Positions 1 to 9,955 of a DNA stretch of 20,178 nucleotides are shown one piece after another; within the stretch, counting starts at the first letter, position 1; each line of letters starts with the position of its first letter. This stretch comes from Promethearchaeia archaeon (GTDB taxonomy: Archaea > Asgardarchaeota > Lokiarchaeia > Sigyniarchaeales > SOKP01): assembly GCA_046483985.1 (NCBI GenBank), contig JAWOCD010000045.1, positions 1-20,178 on the forward strand, read 5' to 3'. Made by a program: the position numbers and the translations under genes. Below the pieces are notes generated by a model. The model was given only the letters and a program-made list of their open reading frames with translations. It made no database searches and was not told the origin of the DNA.

Positions 1-1
1 C

Positions 2-262
2 GTCAGCGAAATCGTTCCTTTTCGATTAGGTTTACAAAAACGGGATAGGGTTCATGAATCAAAAAAACCGCTGTACCGGGTTATCTTGTTACACCCCAAA
101 AAGTTTCAAGTTTATTTAACAAAAACTCAAAAGGCCAAAGAGGAAGCAGAAAAGGCCAAAGAGGAAGCAGAAAAGGCCAAAGAAAGGACCACGGAGGCTG
201 AGAAAAGGGCTAAAAATCTAAAACAAGAGATTAAGAAATTAAGGAAAAGGATTGAGAAGTAA
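2..262 (+). CDS. 3' end of a gene running in from the left edge; ends in a charged coiled-coil tail (possibly a Uma2/DUF820-type protein)
   Basis: Frame 2 is open from base 2 to TAA at 260-262: ...PLYRVILLHPKKFQVYLTKTQKAKEEAEKAKEEAEKAKERTTEAEKRAKNLKQEIKKLRKRIEK*. The family guess rests on the tail style only. Confidence 0.6.
   Translation, partial: VSEIVPFRLGLQKRDRVHESKKPLYRVILLHPKKFQVYLTKTQKAKEEAEKAKEEAEKAKERTTEAEKRAKNLKQEIKKLRKRIEK
129..183 (+). repeat. 21-bp in-frame tandem repeat, about 2.6 copies, encoding the heptad KAKEEAE
   Basis: AAAAGGCCAAAGAGGAAGCAG at 129-149 and 150-170, with a partial third copy at 171-183. Confidence 0.95.
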
Positions 263-560
263 GCAGCCGTAATATGTCTTGAAGCTTGGCAATTTATTTT
301 TTAATAAAATTCACTCTCCTCAAATTCGGAAAGAGACGGATAAATCCATATGGAGTTATGGTGGAAGGTGTAATTCCCGTGATGCCCTAAAATCTCCACA
401 TAATGCCATACAGAACTGAATAGTTTCGATATTTTTTTTCGACGTTTTTGGGAATAATGCTCCCGAGATTACGGTAATCAGGACAATATTGCAAGGATTA
501 ATATGATTATGGTATCGAGAATCATTTTTCTTTATGTTTAGGATTCTAAAAAGGTGAGAT

Positions 561-2066
561 CTAGGGACCTTTTTGCCCTTTAGGGATGGTCCCTCCCACG
601 TCTTTTAACCAGTCTCTTAAATCCTTGCGGTGTGTTTTCGCTTTTTCGGATAACTCATTCGCTAGGTTGCTCTTTTCGGATTCATCGTGTGCCAAATCAA
701 ATAATTCTCCTTTCTCTTCATTAAAAAACCAAATATACTTATAGTTCTTTCTCCTTTGCGCAGCAGAGGATCGTCCCCCGAGGAAATGTCGTCGCTTGCG
801 CGGATAATGCCATGACAAGTACCGCTCCGCAAAATGATTATTTCCCTGACCTTCCTCGCCCGTAAGGACCGGCAAGAGCGAGCTCCCATCAATTGTGGTG
901 CTGCGGGGAATATCATACCCGATCAATTCCGCAAATGTCGGATAAAAATCGAGATTGGTGGTAGGAGCCTTAATAATATTAGAGGTTATATGCTTCGGAT
1001 AGGAGATAATGAGCGGTACTCGCAAGCCTCCTTCGTAAGTAAACGATTTTCCCGCACTCAGATGTCCGTTTTGAGTGACCCACGGATCACCGCCATTATC
1101 GCTGGTAAAGACTATCATCGTATTCTCGTAAAGCCCCAACTCCTTGAGGGTGGTTACGATCTTTCCCACTCCCTGATCAATTGATTTCAGCATCGCCGCC
1201 AACACGGGATTATTTTTGTTAAACCATTTCTGCTTATTCTTCTTAAACTCTCCCCATTTCAAAGGATTTATGAGATCCATAAGTTTGATAAGGAATTTGA
1301 GGTATTTCCTTGTTTTTTTGCTCTTTGGCACTTGCTCTTCCCCCTCACTATTGGCGTCTTCCGTAACCTTCTCCCGTTTTTGGGAAAAATACTCGATATC
1401 CTCGTCTTTGGCGTCCAAGGTCGTGTGTACGGCGTAATGACTGAGATACAGAAAAAACGGCTCCTCCTTATGTCGTTTTATAAATTCAACCGCCTCATAG
1501 TTCATACGATCCACGAGATATTCATTCTCCCCTAATTTTGGCTCGATGGTAGGATCCACCTTTGTATAGGGATGGAAATAGCTGCCGCTTCCGATGCCAG
1601 TCTGCTCCGAGATAAGCACTTCATCAAAGCCGTACTTGGACGGGCCGTACTTTACCCCGTTCTTATTATAACCCGATAAATGCCATTTTCCAATGATGCC
1701 TGTCGTATATCCGCATTCCTTGAACATCTGGGCCATGGTAAGATGCTGGGGGTCCATCCGAAACTCCGTGTCTTCGGGTAATTCGGTATCGGCGGGAGGA
1801 TGAGACCTAGAAGAGAGCGGCAAATACCAATCACTCCACGGTCGCAGATAATCGGTAATTCCATTGCGCGGAGGAGCTTGTCCGGTGAGTAATCCCGCTC
1901 TGGAGGGGCTACAAACCACGGAACTTGCATATGCATCCGTAAATCGCACTCCAGACTCGGCGAGCCCGTCTATGTGTGGGGTTTCATTAAACGAATTCCC
2001 GTAGCAGCCCGGCTCTGCCCAGCCGAGGTCATCTACGAGAATAAAAATAATATTTGGCCGTGTCAT
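561..2066 (-). CDS. Cys-type formylglycine-dependent sulfatase (arylsulfatase A-like family)
   Basis: PNIIFILVDDLG, CSPSRAGLLTG (CxPxR signature), GKWHL, PFFLYLSHYAVH, FTSDNG, YEGGLRVPLI. The ATG at 2066 (MTRPNII) is a more plausible start than the TTG at 2096. Confidence 0.95.
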   Translation of the reverse strand: MTRPNIIFILVDDLGWAEPGCYGNSFNETPHIDGLAESGVRFTDAYASSVVCSPSRAGLLTGQAPPRNGITDYLRPWSDWYLPLSSRSHPPADTELPEDTEFRMDPQHLTMAQMFKECGYTTGIIGKWHLSGYNKNGVKYGPSKYGFDEVLISEQTGIGSGSYFHPYTKVDPTIEPKLGENEYLVDRMNYEAVEFIKRHKEEPFFLYLSHYAVHTTLDAKDEDIEYFSQKREKVTEDANSEGEEQVPKSKKTRKYLKFLIKLMDLINPLKWGEFKKNKQKWFNKNNPVLAAMLKSIDQGVGKIVTTLKELGLYENTMIVFTSDNGGDPWVTQNGHLSAGKSFTYEGGLRVPLIISYPKHITSNIIKAPTTNLDFYPTFAELIGYDIPRSTTIDGSSLLPVLTGEEGQGNNHFAERYLSWHYPRKRRHFLGGRSSAAQRRKNYKYIWFFNEEKGELFDLAHDESEKSNLANELSEKAKTHRKDLRDWLKDVGGTIPKGQKGP

Positions 2067-2231
2067 TTTCCAAACGACTTTTAAGCTATAATACAAAGAA
2101 CGATTTGAGAAATAAATAGTTAGAGATAGGTCAATAAAAAAGATTTAACACTACATTTATGGTATATAATACTAATCTTTTTATAATTGTAGTGATAAAA
2201 TATAATTGTAACAAAGAAAGGTGATTAAATA

Positions 2232-3128
2232 ATGGCAACCATATTAAAACGCACCGTTAATGGAAATGAGTATCATTATATGTCATACTCTTATCGAAAA
2301 AACGATAAAGTATTAAAAAAGGAAAAGTATTTGGGTGCAGAAATCCCTCCCTTTGAAGAACTTACTCAGCTTTGGGAAGCATTTTCCTATGAGATCGCGG
2401 AAGAAAGATGGCTTCAAGAAGTAGACGCTATAAAGGAAACATATTGTGAGATCTTAGATTCCACTCCCTTGTCAATCATCAAAAAGAATCTGAAAAATTT
2501 TGGAATTCACTTCACTCACAACACGAATAAAATAGAAGGCTCATCGCTAAATTTACGAGATGTTGAGAGGGTGCTCAAGGATGATAAATTACCTAAAAAT
2601 AGAAAACCCAATGATATTATCGAAACAAAAGCGCACATGAAAATCTATGAAGAAATGTTGGATACGGATAATCCGTTATCGATGGGTATGATCTGTAACT
2701 GGCATAAAAATTTGTTTCAATTAACCGATTCCAACATTGCGGGACTTATAAGAGATTACCCCGTTGGTATTAGTGGAAGTGATTATGAACCGCCTTACTC
2801 CAAAATTGAGATTGAACAATTATTAAAGGATCTCTTTGAATGGTATGAAAAGAATAAAGATACTTACAATCCTGTTTTCATAGCTGCCATTATGCATTAT
2901 CGATTTATAGCTATTCACCCCTTTGGCGACGGGAACGGAAGAATGACGCGCTTGATGACCAATTATATTTTATATAAGAATGAGTATCCGATGTTTGATA
3001 TTAGCGCTGATATACGGTATAAATATTACAAAGCTCTAGCAAAGACCGATAAGAAGGAACACGATCTTCCTTTTGTACTCTGGTTTTTCAAATCCTATAT
3101 AGAATCTAATAAGAAATATCTACGATAA
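2232..3128 (+). CDS. Fic-domain AMP transferase (class II, autoinhibited) with an extra N-terminal domain
   Basis: Canonical HPFGDGNGRMTR motif; inhibitory (S/T)xxxE(G/N) motif TNKIEG upstream of it; N-terminal beta-rich segment EYHYMSYSYRKNDKVLKKEKYLG. Confidence 0.93.
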   Translation: MATILKRTVNGNEYHYMSYSYRKNDKVLKKEKYLGAEIPPFEELTQLWEAFSYEIAEERWLQEVDAIKETYCEILDSTPLSIIKKNLKNFGIHFTHNTNKIEGSSLNLRDVERVLKDDKLPKNRKPNDIIETKAHMKIYEEMLDTDNPLSMGMICNWHKNLFQLTDSNIAGLIRDYPVGISGSDYEPPYSKIEIEQLLKDLFEWYEKNKDTYNPVFIAAIMHYRFIAIHPFGDGNGRMTRLMTNYILYKNEYPMFDISADIRYKYYKALAKTDKKEHDLPFVLWFFKSYIESNKKYLR

Positions 3129-3359
3129 GGAAAATAGATTAGAAGAGATTACCAAAGAAATCTAAAACTTGTTTTACGTAGGATTCCATGGTAATCAAGA
3201 TGCTTTCTTCCACAACTAACATTACCGCACAAAATATAATCCAGAACACCACATACAATTTCCATACTCTTTTAATCTGTTTCTCGTTTAGATCCAGATT
3301 TTTAACCAGTATTTGGATTTCTTCATTTTCCGATATTCAATTAATTTTCGCTCAGACAA

Positions 3360-5339
3360 TTAATAATACTTTCGTAACATTTTGTCTATTTTCTGCTCAT
3401 TAATTTGAAAGAGCGCGAAAAAGAGCTGATCGATTAATTTCTTTAAGGAGGAAAGAGAAAAATCCTCTTTTCTCTTAGAAAAATTAGGAATTATAATATT
3501 CTGATTTTCTAGTTTCCCGAGATTTTCCATTATCATATTAATTTTCCTATTGAAATCGGGGATTTTTTGTGTCTTTTGACCCTTCTTGTTGGTTATGGCG
3601 ATTATCAATCTTGAAATGCTTCGAATGGCTCGCAAAATTGTTAATTTTCGCGGATTGTTAATCGATTTCATATCTTTCTTTAAAATAAAGGAAGGGATAG
3701 GGAGGTTGGTTTCCAACTTGGTTTTACTCCGCTTAATTTTAATATTTTTAGCCTTGAAAATGAATCGTACTATCTTGGAATTAAGGTATGCTAGTAGTAT
3801 ATAGTAGTCAATATCCAATTGAGGCGATTTTTTCCAAATAAAGTATGTATCAGACGTCGCGTAATATGGGGCAGTTGAAAATCCAAATTCATTTGAGGTT
3901 AAAATATATTTAAAGAAGATTTTAGGTTCACTTTCATAAGAAGATTCAAGATTGAGCAATCTTGACTCTGAATTTTTATGTTTGCGCCGAATAAAAGCGC
4001 CTCTTCGCGGAAAATAGAGATCATTCGGATTTTCTTTTGCATTCAGCAAGGTCTGCTTCAGTTTCGCCTCATATTGCATCAAATAGTGGTAAATTGTGGG
4101 GTATGATTTTTTGATATGAGCATCGATTTGCGTGCTTGTGAGCCCTTCGAACTCGTCTTTATTAAAATAAATAGCAAATTTTCGAGTATCGGGGGATGTA
4201 TGTCCGTAGGGTATAATCTCTTTACTTTTATATATGGGTTTTATCCGTTGACTTTCCTTTTCCGTTAATTTCTCGGTTGATTCTCCAATTTGAATCAAAT
4301 ACTTATCGTCCTTAATTCGGATATTCTCATTTTCTGTTAACACAAAAATCTTATCGCTAATAAAGATTAAGCCGTTTCTGATGATGAAAAAATCTTTGAG
4401 ATATCTCACACGGCCCTTGTAGCTACAATAACTCTCGAGTTGTTGTATAATTTTTTTGACTTGAGTTGGATATAGAAGGTTCCAGCTTTTCTCCGGTTTT
4501 AAATCCCTATTCGTTGTAGCGGAGAGATAACGCAATATACGGGGATCCTTTTTACGATTTATAAGTGATTGAAAAACATTTTCGGTGGAATTACCTCGTT
4601 TGCGTTTAATTGAAACGATTTTTATTGATCTATCTCTGCGGAAAAGGGAATCCTCAACAGTTTTCTTTTTTAAAAGAAAAATACAATTATGTTGACCTTG
4701 AGCTTTCGGAAATATCTTTACATTCGACAGGTCAATATATTGAAGTAGATAACAGTTCTTGAGAATATGCGGTTTGAGAAATTTAATGCCGGTCTTCTTC
4801 GATTTAGTAATCCAATAATTCGTGGTGATAAAGGAAAGTAAGCCCCCGGGATTTAGTTTTTTTATACCCAAATGGATAAAATAATAAAAAATATCCATAT
4901 TGCCTGCAAAATATTTTTCACAAATCGGATACTGGTTCACATATTCTTGAAAAATTTCCGCATTATAGTTCTGCCCTAAATATGGGGGATTTCCAATGAT
5001 GATATCATACTTTTTATCGAGAGGAGCCCCTAAAAAGTTTTTAAATCTAAAATGAACGTCAGGATACTTGCGGCTGAGTTCTTCCCGTAGTCGGGAGTCT
5101 AATTCATAAGCGTTAATATGCTGAAAACCATAATCGTGCAAATATTTTAAAAATATGCCCTCCCCAGCGGCGGGTTCTAAAATCTGCAAATCTGAGCTTT
5201 GTTCTGGTAAGGGAGAATTTACTTTTTCCCTTTCATAAAAAGCAAGAACGTTTTTTACCATGAAATGAGCAACATAAGCTGGAGTAAAAATTTGTCCAAT
5301 CGAGCCTTGATGGCATTTATATTGCTCGTCTGAATTCAT
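3360..5339 (-). CDS. N6-adenine DNA methyltransferase, gamma class (TaqI/Eco57I-like), with a C-terminal specificity region
   Basis: GQIFTP, motif I ILEPAAGEGIF, motif IV IIGNPPY, DIFYYFI and LNPGGLLSFIT; C-terminal YILLAYLNSKIVRF is typical of TaqI-like TRD regions. Confidence 0.92.
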   Translation of the reverse strand: MNSDEQYKCHQGSIGQIFTPAYVAHFMVKNVLAFYEREKVNSPLPEQSSDLQILEPAAGEGIFLKYLHDYGFQHINAYELDSRLREELSRKYPDVHFRFKNFLGAPLDKKYDIIIGNPPYLGQNYNAEIFQEYVNQYPICEKYFAGNMDIFYYFIHLGIKKLNPGGLLSFITTNYWITKSKKTGIKFLKPHILKNCYLLQYIDLSNVKIFPKAQGQHNCIFLLKKKTVEDSLFRRDRSIKIVSIKRKRGNSTENVFQSLINRKKDPRILRYLSATTNRDLKPEKSWNLLYPTQVKKIIQQLESYCSYKGRVRYLKDFFIIRNGLIFISDKIFVLTENENIRIKDDKYLIQIGESTEKLTEKESQRIKPIYKSKEIIPYGHTSPDTRKFAIYFNKDEFEGLTSTQIDAHIKKSYPTIYHYLMQYEAKLKQTLLNAKENPNDLYFPRRGAFIRRKHKNSESRLLNLESSYESEPKIFFKYILTSNEFGFSTAPYYATSDTYFIWKKSPQLDIDYYILLAYLNSKIVRFIFKAKNIKIKRSKTKLETNLPIPSFILKKDMKSINNPRKLTILRAIRSISRLIIAITNKKGQKTQKIPDFNRKINMIMENLGKLENQNIIIPNFSKRKEDFSLSSLKKLIDQLFFALFQINEQKIDKMLRKYY

Positions 5340-5529
5340 TAAGAGGAAATAATACGTTTGAGGTTAAATAATTTTATGATCATCCGTTGCTACCAAATTC
5401 GGGAATTTTATAAATTTAAGGCATGGATTTATAACTTTATTTTTGGGTCTTTCGGTTTTTTATAAATGATTGCTTGCGTTTTCCAATTTAATTTTAGATG
5501 AGATGTACACGAAGGTAAGAGATAAATAA

Positions 5530-6252
5530 ATGTTTCCCAAAACCCATCGTAAGTTAGAAAATAACCTAGAGAAAACCAGTATTACCTTTTTGAAGGAGAA
5601 TCTTGAGTTAGTACTGGATAAGGAAAAATGCGTTGGCTGCGGAACATGCAGTCGAGCATGTCCTAAAGAAGCAATAGTTAAGAAGACCTTGGAGGAGCCG
5701 GTTCGCGTAAATCAAAAACAGATCATCCGGAAAATCAAGCATTTCCTTATTCCTAACGTCCATGATCCCGAAAGATGTGTATACTGCGGGGTGTGTATGT
5801 ATTTATGTCCCTTTGACGCTTTAACTCTTAAGATTAACGGTGAAGTAATAAAGCCCGAAAATCTTCCGTTAGTGGAGCAACAAGCACTGCCGAAGCTTGA
5901 AATTGAAGAAGGAGAGTTGGATTCGGGGTAAAAGGTCAATAAGTTTGCAAGCGGTTCGGTAACGATTAACGTGGAGGAGTGCGCCGGCGGTTGCTCAAAT
6001 TGCGCGGATCTTTGCCCCAGTGGGGCGATAACGGTAGCGGATGAGAAATTCCAACTGGAAAACAAGTGGGAGTCCCACATTGTCTTAGAATTGCGTGAAG
6101 ATAAATGCGTTTTTTGCGTTGCATGCCATAACGCCTGTCCCACGGGTGCCCTCAAGTTAGATATTGAGGAGATTCATTATTCCGGAGAATACAACAGCCC
6201 GTTCTGGGAGGATATCGTGCATAGACTCAAACTCAATGAAAGAAAAGAATAA
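5530..6252 (+). pseudogene. Polyferredoxin / multi-[4Fe-4S] protein (FwdF-like), one gene split by an in-frame TAA at 5929-5931
   Basis: Track ORFs 5530-5931 and 5971-6252 share one frame: ...ELDSG*KVNKFASGSVTINVEECAGGCSNCADLCP... Four cluster motifs: CVGCGTCSRACP, CVYCGVCMYLCP, CAGGCSNCADLCP, CVFCVACHNACP. Confidence 0.85.
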
Positions 6253-6255
6253 CCA

Positions 6256-6270
6256 TTTTCTTTTTTCTTT
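6256..6270 (+). terminator. T-rich tract after the polyferredoxin stop; candidate archaeal terminator
   Basis: TTTTCTTTTTTCTTT begins a few bases after the TAA at 6250-6252. Confidence 0.35.
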
Positions 6271-6796
6271 ACCTATTTTAAAAAAGTGAGAATATCCCTT
6301 TTGGATCTATTATTTCTCTAATCACTAATAAGGCACTTTTAGGCAATCCAATAGCCGAATATGGGATTTGCAATACACACAACCCGGAGATTCTGATTTA
6401 ACACCAGGAATTGAATAACTCGAAGACCTAGCGCATTCAACGGACCATTATAGCACTTGCTAATTCTTTTTCATAGTACGGTAAGGGAAAATCAAATCCT
6501 TCCCTTTTCCAAAACTCCATTTTTATTCCCTCCTTTGAAGGAGGAAAACTCCTCTCCTGGTGCGGCACCTTGATTGCTATGTCTCCCCTTTCATCATCGT
6601 TATATAAATTTAGATGGTTCCAATTTAAAAAATTAACGAGGATTGACAAGCTTAAAAAATTGTTTAAGCAAGAGTTATATCGATATTAGTCACTAATTAT
6701 CTTTTAGACAAATTATATGGAGCATTGAAATAAGAATTTAAGTGAAGATATTTATAATAAAATTATAGATTTATCTATCGTTTCAATTCAAGTTTT

Positions 6797-7321
6797 ATGA
6801 CGAATACCAATTTATCAAGAGCTAAAAAGTGGTTAAATTCCGCAATTAGTGATATAAATAGAGTTTTGAACGATCTTGAAAGGGGAGACTATGCGGATAT
6901 AGCTTTTCGAAGTCAATTTGCCGTCGAAAAAATAAATAAGTCAATATTTAATATATTTGGAATTAAAATCGAAAAGGTGCATAATCCCTCAACAATCTTG
7001 GATGATTTTTTAAAAAATGTGGAAAATTTGGAAATCGATGACAAAATAAGATCAATATTGGAGGAATTAACAGCAGATTCAAAAGTGTTTGAGAATGAGG
7101 GAACCAAGACCAGATATGGAACGATCGAAAGAGGGGAGTTAATTACTGCTGAAGAAATCTATAATTCTTTTGAAGATATAAAGTATCTATTAAAAAAACT
7201 TGATAAAATAATAATTAATTTGGTTAGATTTCTCAAATATTCTATTAAGAAGGACAAAAAAGAACTAGAGATAATTAATGAATTAAATGAATTGAGGATT
7301 TTGATTGCAAAATGGATATAG
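6797..7321 (+). CDS. HEPN-domain protein (toxin partner of a HEPN-MNT pair)
   Basis: AKKWLNSAISD, AFRSQFAVEKINKS (HEPN QQAxEKxLKA-like helix), KVHN and KTRYG; overlaps the downstream nucleotidyltransferase. Confidence 0.85.
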   Translation: MTNTNLSRAKKWLNSAISDINRVLNDLERGDYADIAFRSQFAVEKINKSIFNIFGIKIEKVHNPSTILDDFLKNVENLEIDDKIRSILEELTADSKVFENEGTKTRYGTIERGELITAEEIYNSFEDIKYLLKKLDKIIINLVRFLKYSIKKDKKELEIINELNELRILIAKWI

Positions 7322-7800
7322 ATTTAAATTTCATTAAAAACGAGTATTTTTTAAATAAACTTAAGAATTATCTTGAAAGATTATTCCGTATTGATAAAGA
7401 AATAAAGGGAATTATTTTATTTGGCTCTCTCGCGAGAAATGAAGAAATTTACTCAAGAAAAAAGATAAGTGATATTGATATTATCGTCATCTTCCAAGAT
7501 GGAGAAATTCCAATTTCACATAGCAAGCGAAGTTATTTAAAAATCAAGTTAATGGGTAACGCATTATCAAATATCGATTCAATCTGGATGACTAAGAAAC
7601 AGTTTACAAAAGGCATAGATAACAAAATGAGTATATTATTATCTGCATTATACGAAGGAAAAATTCTATTTGACCCTGAGAGTTTAATTAAGGAGGAAAA
7701 GAAAAGACTATTTAGAAGTTTAGAAGAAAAAGGAGTAAAAAAGAGAAAAAATTATTGGATATGGCCTATTAAGCACTTAGGAGAGGAAATTGAGTGGTAA
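7312..7800 (+). CDS. Minimal nucleotidyltransferase (MNT, Pol-beta superfamily) antitoxin
   Basis: IILFGSLARN...SDIDIIVIF (GS plus DxD), third Asp in NIDSIW, EGKILFDP; 10-bp overlap with the HEPN gene. Confidence 0.9.
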   Translation: MDIDLNFIKNEYFLNKLKNYLERLFRIDKEIKGIILFGSLARNEEIYSRKKISDIDIIVIFQDGEIPISHSKRSYLKIKLMGNALSNIDSIWMTKKQFTKGIDNKMSILLSALYEGKILFDPESLIKEEKKRLFRSLEEKGVKKRKNYWIWPIKHLGEEIEW

Positions 7801-7921
7801 CCTGACTATGAAAAACATTGAGAGAAAATTAATGAATTAGTGAATAATTGATTGTTAATTAGATTAAGAAGACTCTTTTCTGTAAGAAATTGAATACCGC
7901 ATATCGAAATTTTTTTATCGA

Positions 7922-8050
7922 TCTTTGGCAAAAGCCGCTCGAATTGCCGGTATATCTTTAGCAGATTGGTTCACTATTGCAAAAGAAAAGGGATTACTCG
8001 TTCAAATTAGTCCAGATGAAATTAATGAGGAAATAAAGGCACTGAAATGA
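7922..8050 (+). pseudogene. UPF0175-family antitoxin remnant (C-terminal HTH half)
   Basis: Hand translation gives SLAKAARIAGISLADWFTIAKEKGLLVQISPDEINEEIKALK*. The 5' part is degraded, and the stop overlaps the next start (ATGA at 8047-8050). Confidence 0.75.
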
Positions 8051-8512
8051 TAGTTGATTCAACTGTTTTAATTTCTTTATGAAACCTGTGGAAAATAGAA
8101 TTGATTAATACTTGTTTATCCTTGATAATGTATTAAAAGAAATTACAAATGAGCTGCTAAAAGTGCTTTATTAACCTTGAAATTCCAAAAAGGTATAGCT
8201 TCAGAGCACTCCATAGATCAAGCATTGGAGATTTTAGGAGATAAATTTGAAACGGGAGATTCTGATATTGTCGCTTTGTGAATCGATTCTCCCTCGTCAA
8301 TAATAGCCACTGATGATAAACGTTTGAGAAATGTGTGCAGAGCATTAGGGGGAAAGGTAACGGATACTTTTGGCATATTGATAAATTCTGTGAAAAAGCA
8401 GAAGATCTCAAAGGATGAAGCAATGGCAATATTAGATAATTTAAATACAATTGGTTTTAGAATGAGCTTAGAACTTTATAAAACCGTCAAGGGGAAAATA
8501 GAACAGTTATAG
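8047..8512 (+). pseudogene. DUF3368-type PIN-domain toxin pseudogene
   Basis: MIVDSTVLISL* (TGA at 8080), later ...FETGDSDIVAL* (TGA at 8279) IDSPSSIIATDDKRLRNVCRALGGKVTDTFGILINSVKKQKISKDEAMAILDNLNTIGFRMSLELY..., matching the TDD..LR...G.GIL / GFR.S..LY pattern of this family. Confidence 0.8.
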
Positions 8513-8783
8513 TTTTTCCCTATAAGACAACAGTTTATGTTAATCATTATTTTTTTCCGATGCCTTCTTTTTCCCAATCCCGATTATTATCCATCAAGGC
8601 ATCAATCTCATCAATATTATTTTTATTGGTGGTAATTATCCGGAGAACCAACGTGATTATGAATAATATAGACGTTCTAAGGAATTTAAAAAGAATTGCT
8701 TGAGTGTGAAGCTTTTAAAGGGTGGAAAGAGGGATAGACACTAGATTATGAAAAACCTTCAACTGTCTCACGGGAATACATAA

Positions 8784-9050
8784 CTATGAGAAATGGTTAG
8801 ATTCCATCTTCACCTTACATATCGTTACCATGCTTGTATTATTCTCTCCTTGATTCTCTGCGTCAAGATAAGCCAGCAAGGAAGGTTTAATGATTATATC
8901 ATCAAAAATAATCATAAATGTGCATATGTTTAGATTTTCGGCTTTAAATTCTGAAAACTGGTCGTTGGATATGAGAATTGTCTTCTCGGGGTTCAGTCTT
9001 TTACCCATATGAGCACAAATAATGTGACATTTAGAGTTCGTTTTTTCTCG
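8784..9050 (-). pseudogene. Possible NYN/Zc3h12a-like PIN ribonuclease C-terminal remnant
   Basis: ...CHIICAHMGKRLNPEKTILISNDQFSEFK...; ISNDxFxE resembles the NYN/Regnase-like motif. The frame is closed by a stop shortly upstream. Confidence 0.3.
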
Positions 9051-9718
9051 TTTCCCCTAAATTTTGGCAGGATAGGAAAGAACCCGATATCCGGATGGGG
9101 AAAGTAAAATTGAAGAAAATTCATGGGTTTCTTGTAAATTTCGAGTGAGAGCATTGACTTATATCAATTATTAAACTTTTACTTGATTCCTAGCGGGTTA
9201 ACAAGTAATAGATTGAACTTCATCTCCTTTTTCGTTACTGATGCTTTTATTTCCCGCCTTATCGCAGCAAAGGGCTTTCCTCTCGCTAAGTAAAGGTATA
9301 AACGGTATTAAGCGATGTTCAATGCACAGAATTTCGGGGCAAATAATCGAGGTGAACGCTACAATCGAGCAGATACACGGACTATCGGCGGATATCGATC
9401 GCAGAGGGTTGATTGAATGCCTATCCGCGTTCAATACACTCTATCCTCTCAAACAGAGAGCGATTGGTTTTAATAGTGAGAATAATAGGAAAGGAAAGAT
9501 AAATATGCGTTTATTATTTAGATTTATGGAAAGAATTTGCCCCAAAACATAGATTTGGATATATATTCAAAGAAAAAGGTGAAGAACAGTGAATAGCTAA
9601 TTATTTAGAAGATATCAATCTATAAGAGTGAGATACTGATTAAGCATCAACACCTCAGATTATGATTAACCTTTAGATAAAAATAAATAACTGAATTTCC
9701 TTTTTTTATTTGAGTATA

Positions 9719-9955
9719 ATGACACTAAAAACAATTGAGATTGATGAAGCGGTATATAAAAAACTTTTAGAAAGAAAAAAAGAAGATGAAACAATTTCAG
9801 ATGTTATCGCGAAGTTTTTAAATATCTCAAAAAAACCCCAAAATATCAAAAATTTTATTGGGTTATGGAGAGATCTACCTAAAGAGTTTTTTGATCAATT
9901 AGAATCGGACAGAAAGTCAATGAGGGAAGAGATAAATCGGAGATTTGCGAAATGA
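9719..9955 (+). CDS. VapB-like antitoxin (DUF217 / archaeal RHH-like)
   Basis: MTLKTIEIDEAVYKKLLERKKEDETISDVIAKFL...FIGLW matches the KTI.I.DEVY..L...K...ESFSDVI pattern; ATGA overlap with the toxin gene. Confidence 0.88.
   Translation: MTLKTIEIDEAVYKKLLERKKEDETISDVIAKFLNISKKPQNIKNFIGLWRDLPKEFFDQLESDRKSMREEINRRFAK

Noticed and set aside
662-1936. Small ORFs overlapping the sulfatase
   Set aside because: Shadow or alternative-frame ORFs of a well-supported gene, with no motifs.
2115-2123. AATAGTTAG match to the candidate guide at 17037-17045
   Set aside because: Only 9 nt in AT-rich DNA, which is expected by chance.
5929-5931. Selenocysteine or pyrrolysine recoding
   Set aside because: The codon is TAA and lies in a linker, not at a Cys ligand position.
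6275-6649. 70-aa minus-strand ORF with protein-like continuation
   Set aside because: Probably a fragment, but no family was recognisable and the start is unconvincing.
9198-9552. Overlapping ORFs 9198-9434 (-) and 9241-9552 (+)
   Set aside because: Mutually antisense with no motif recognised; possibly a decayed gene but not assignable.
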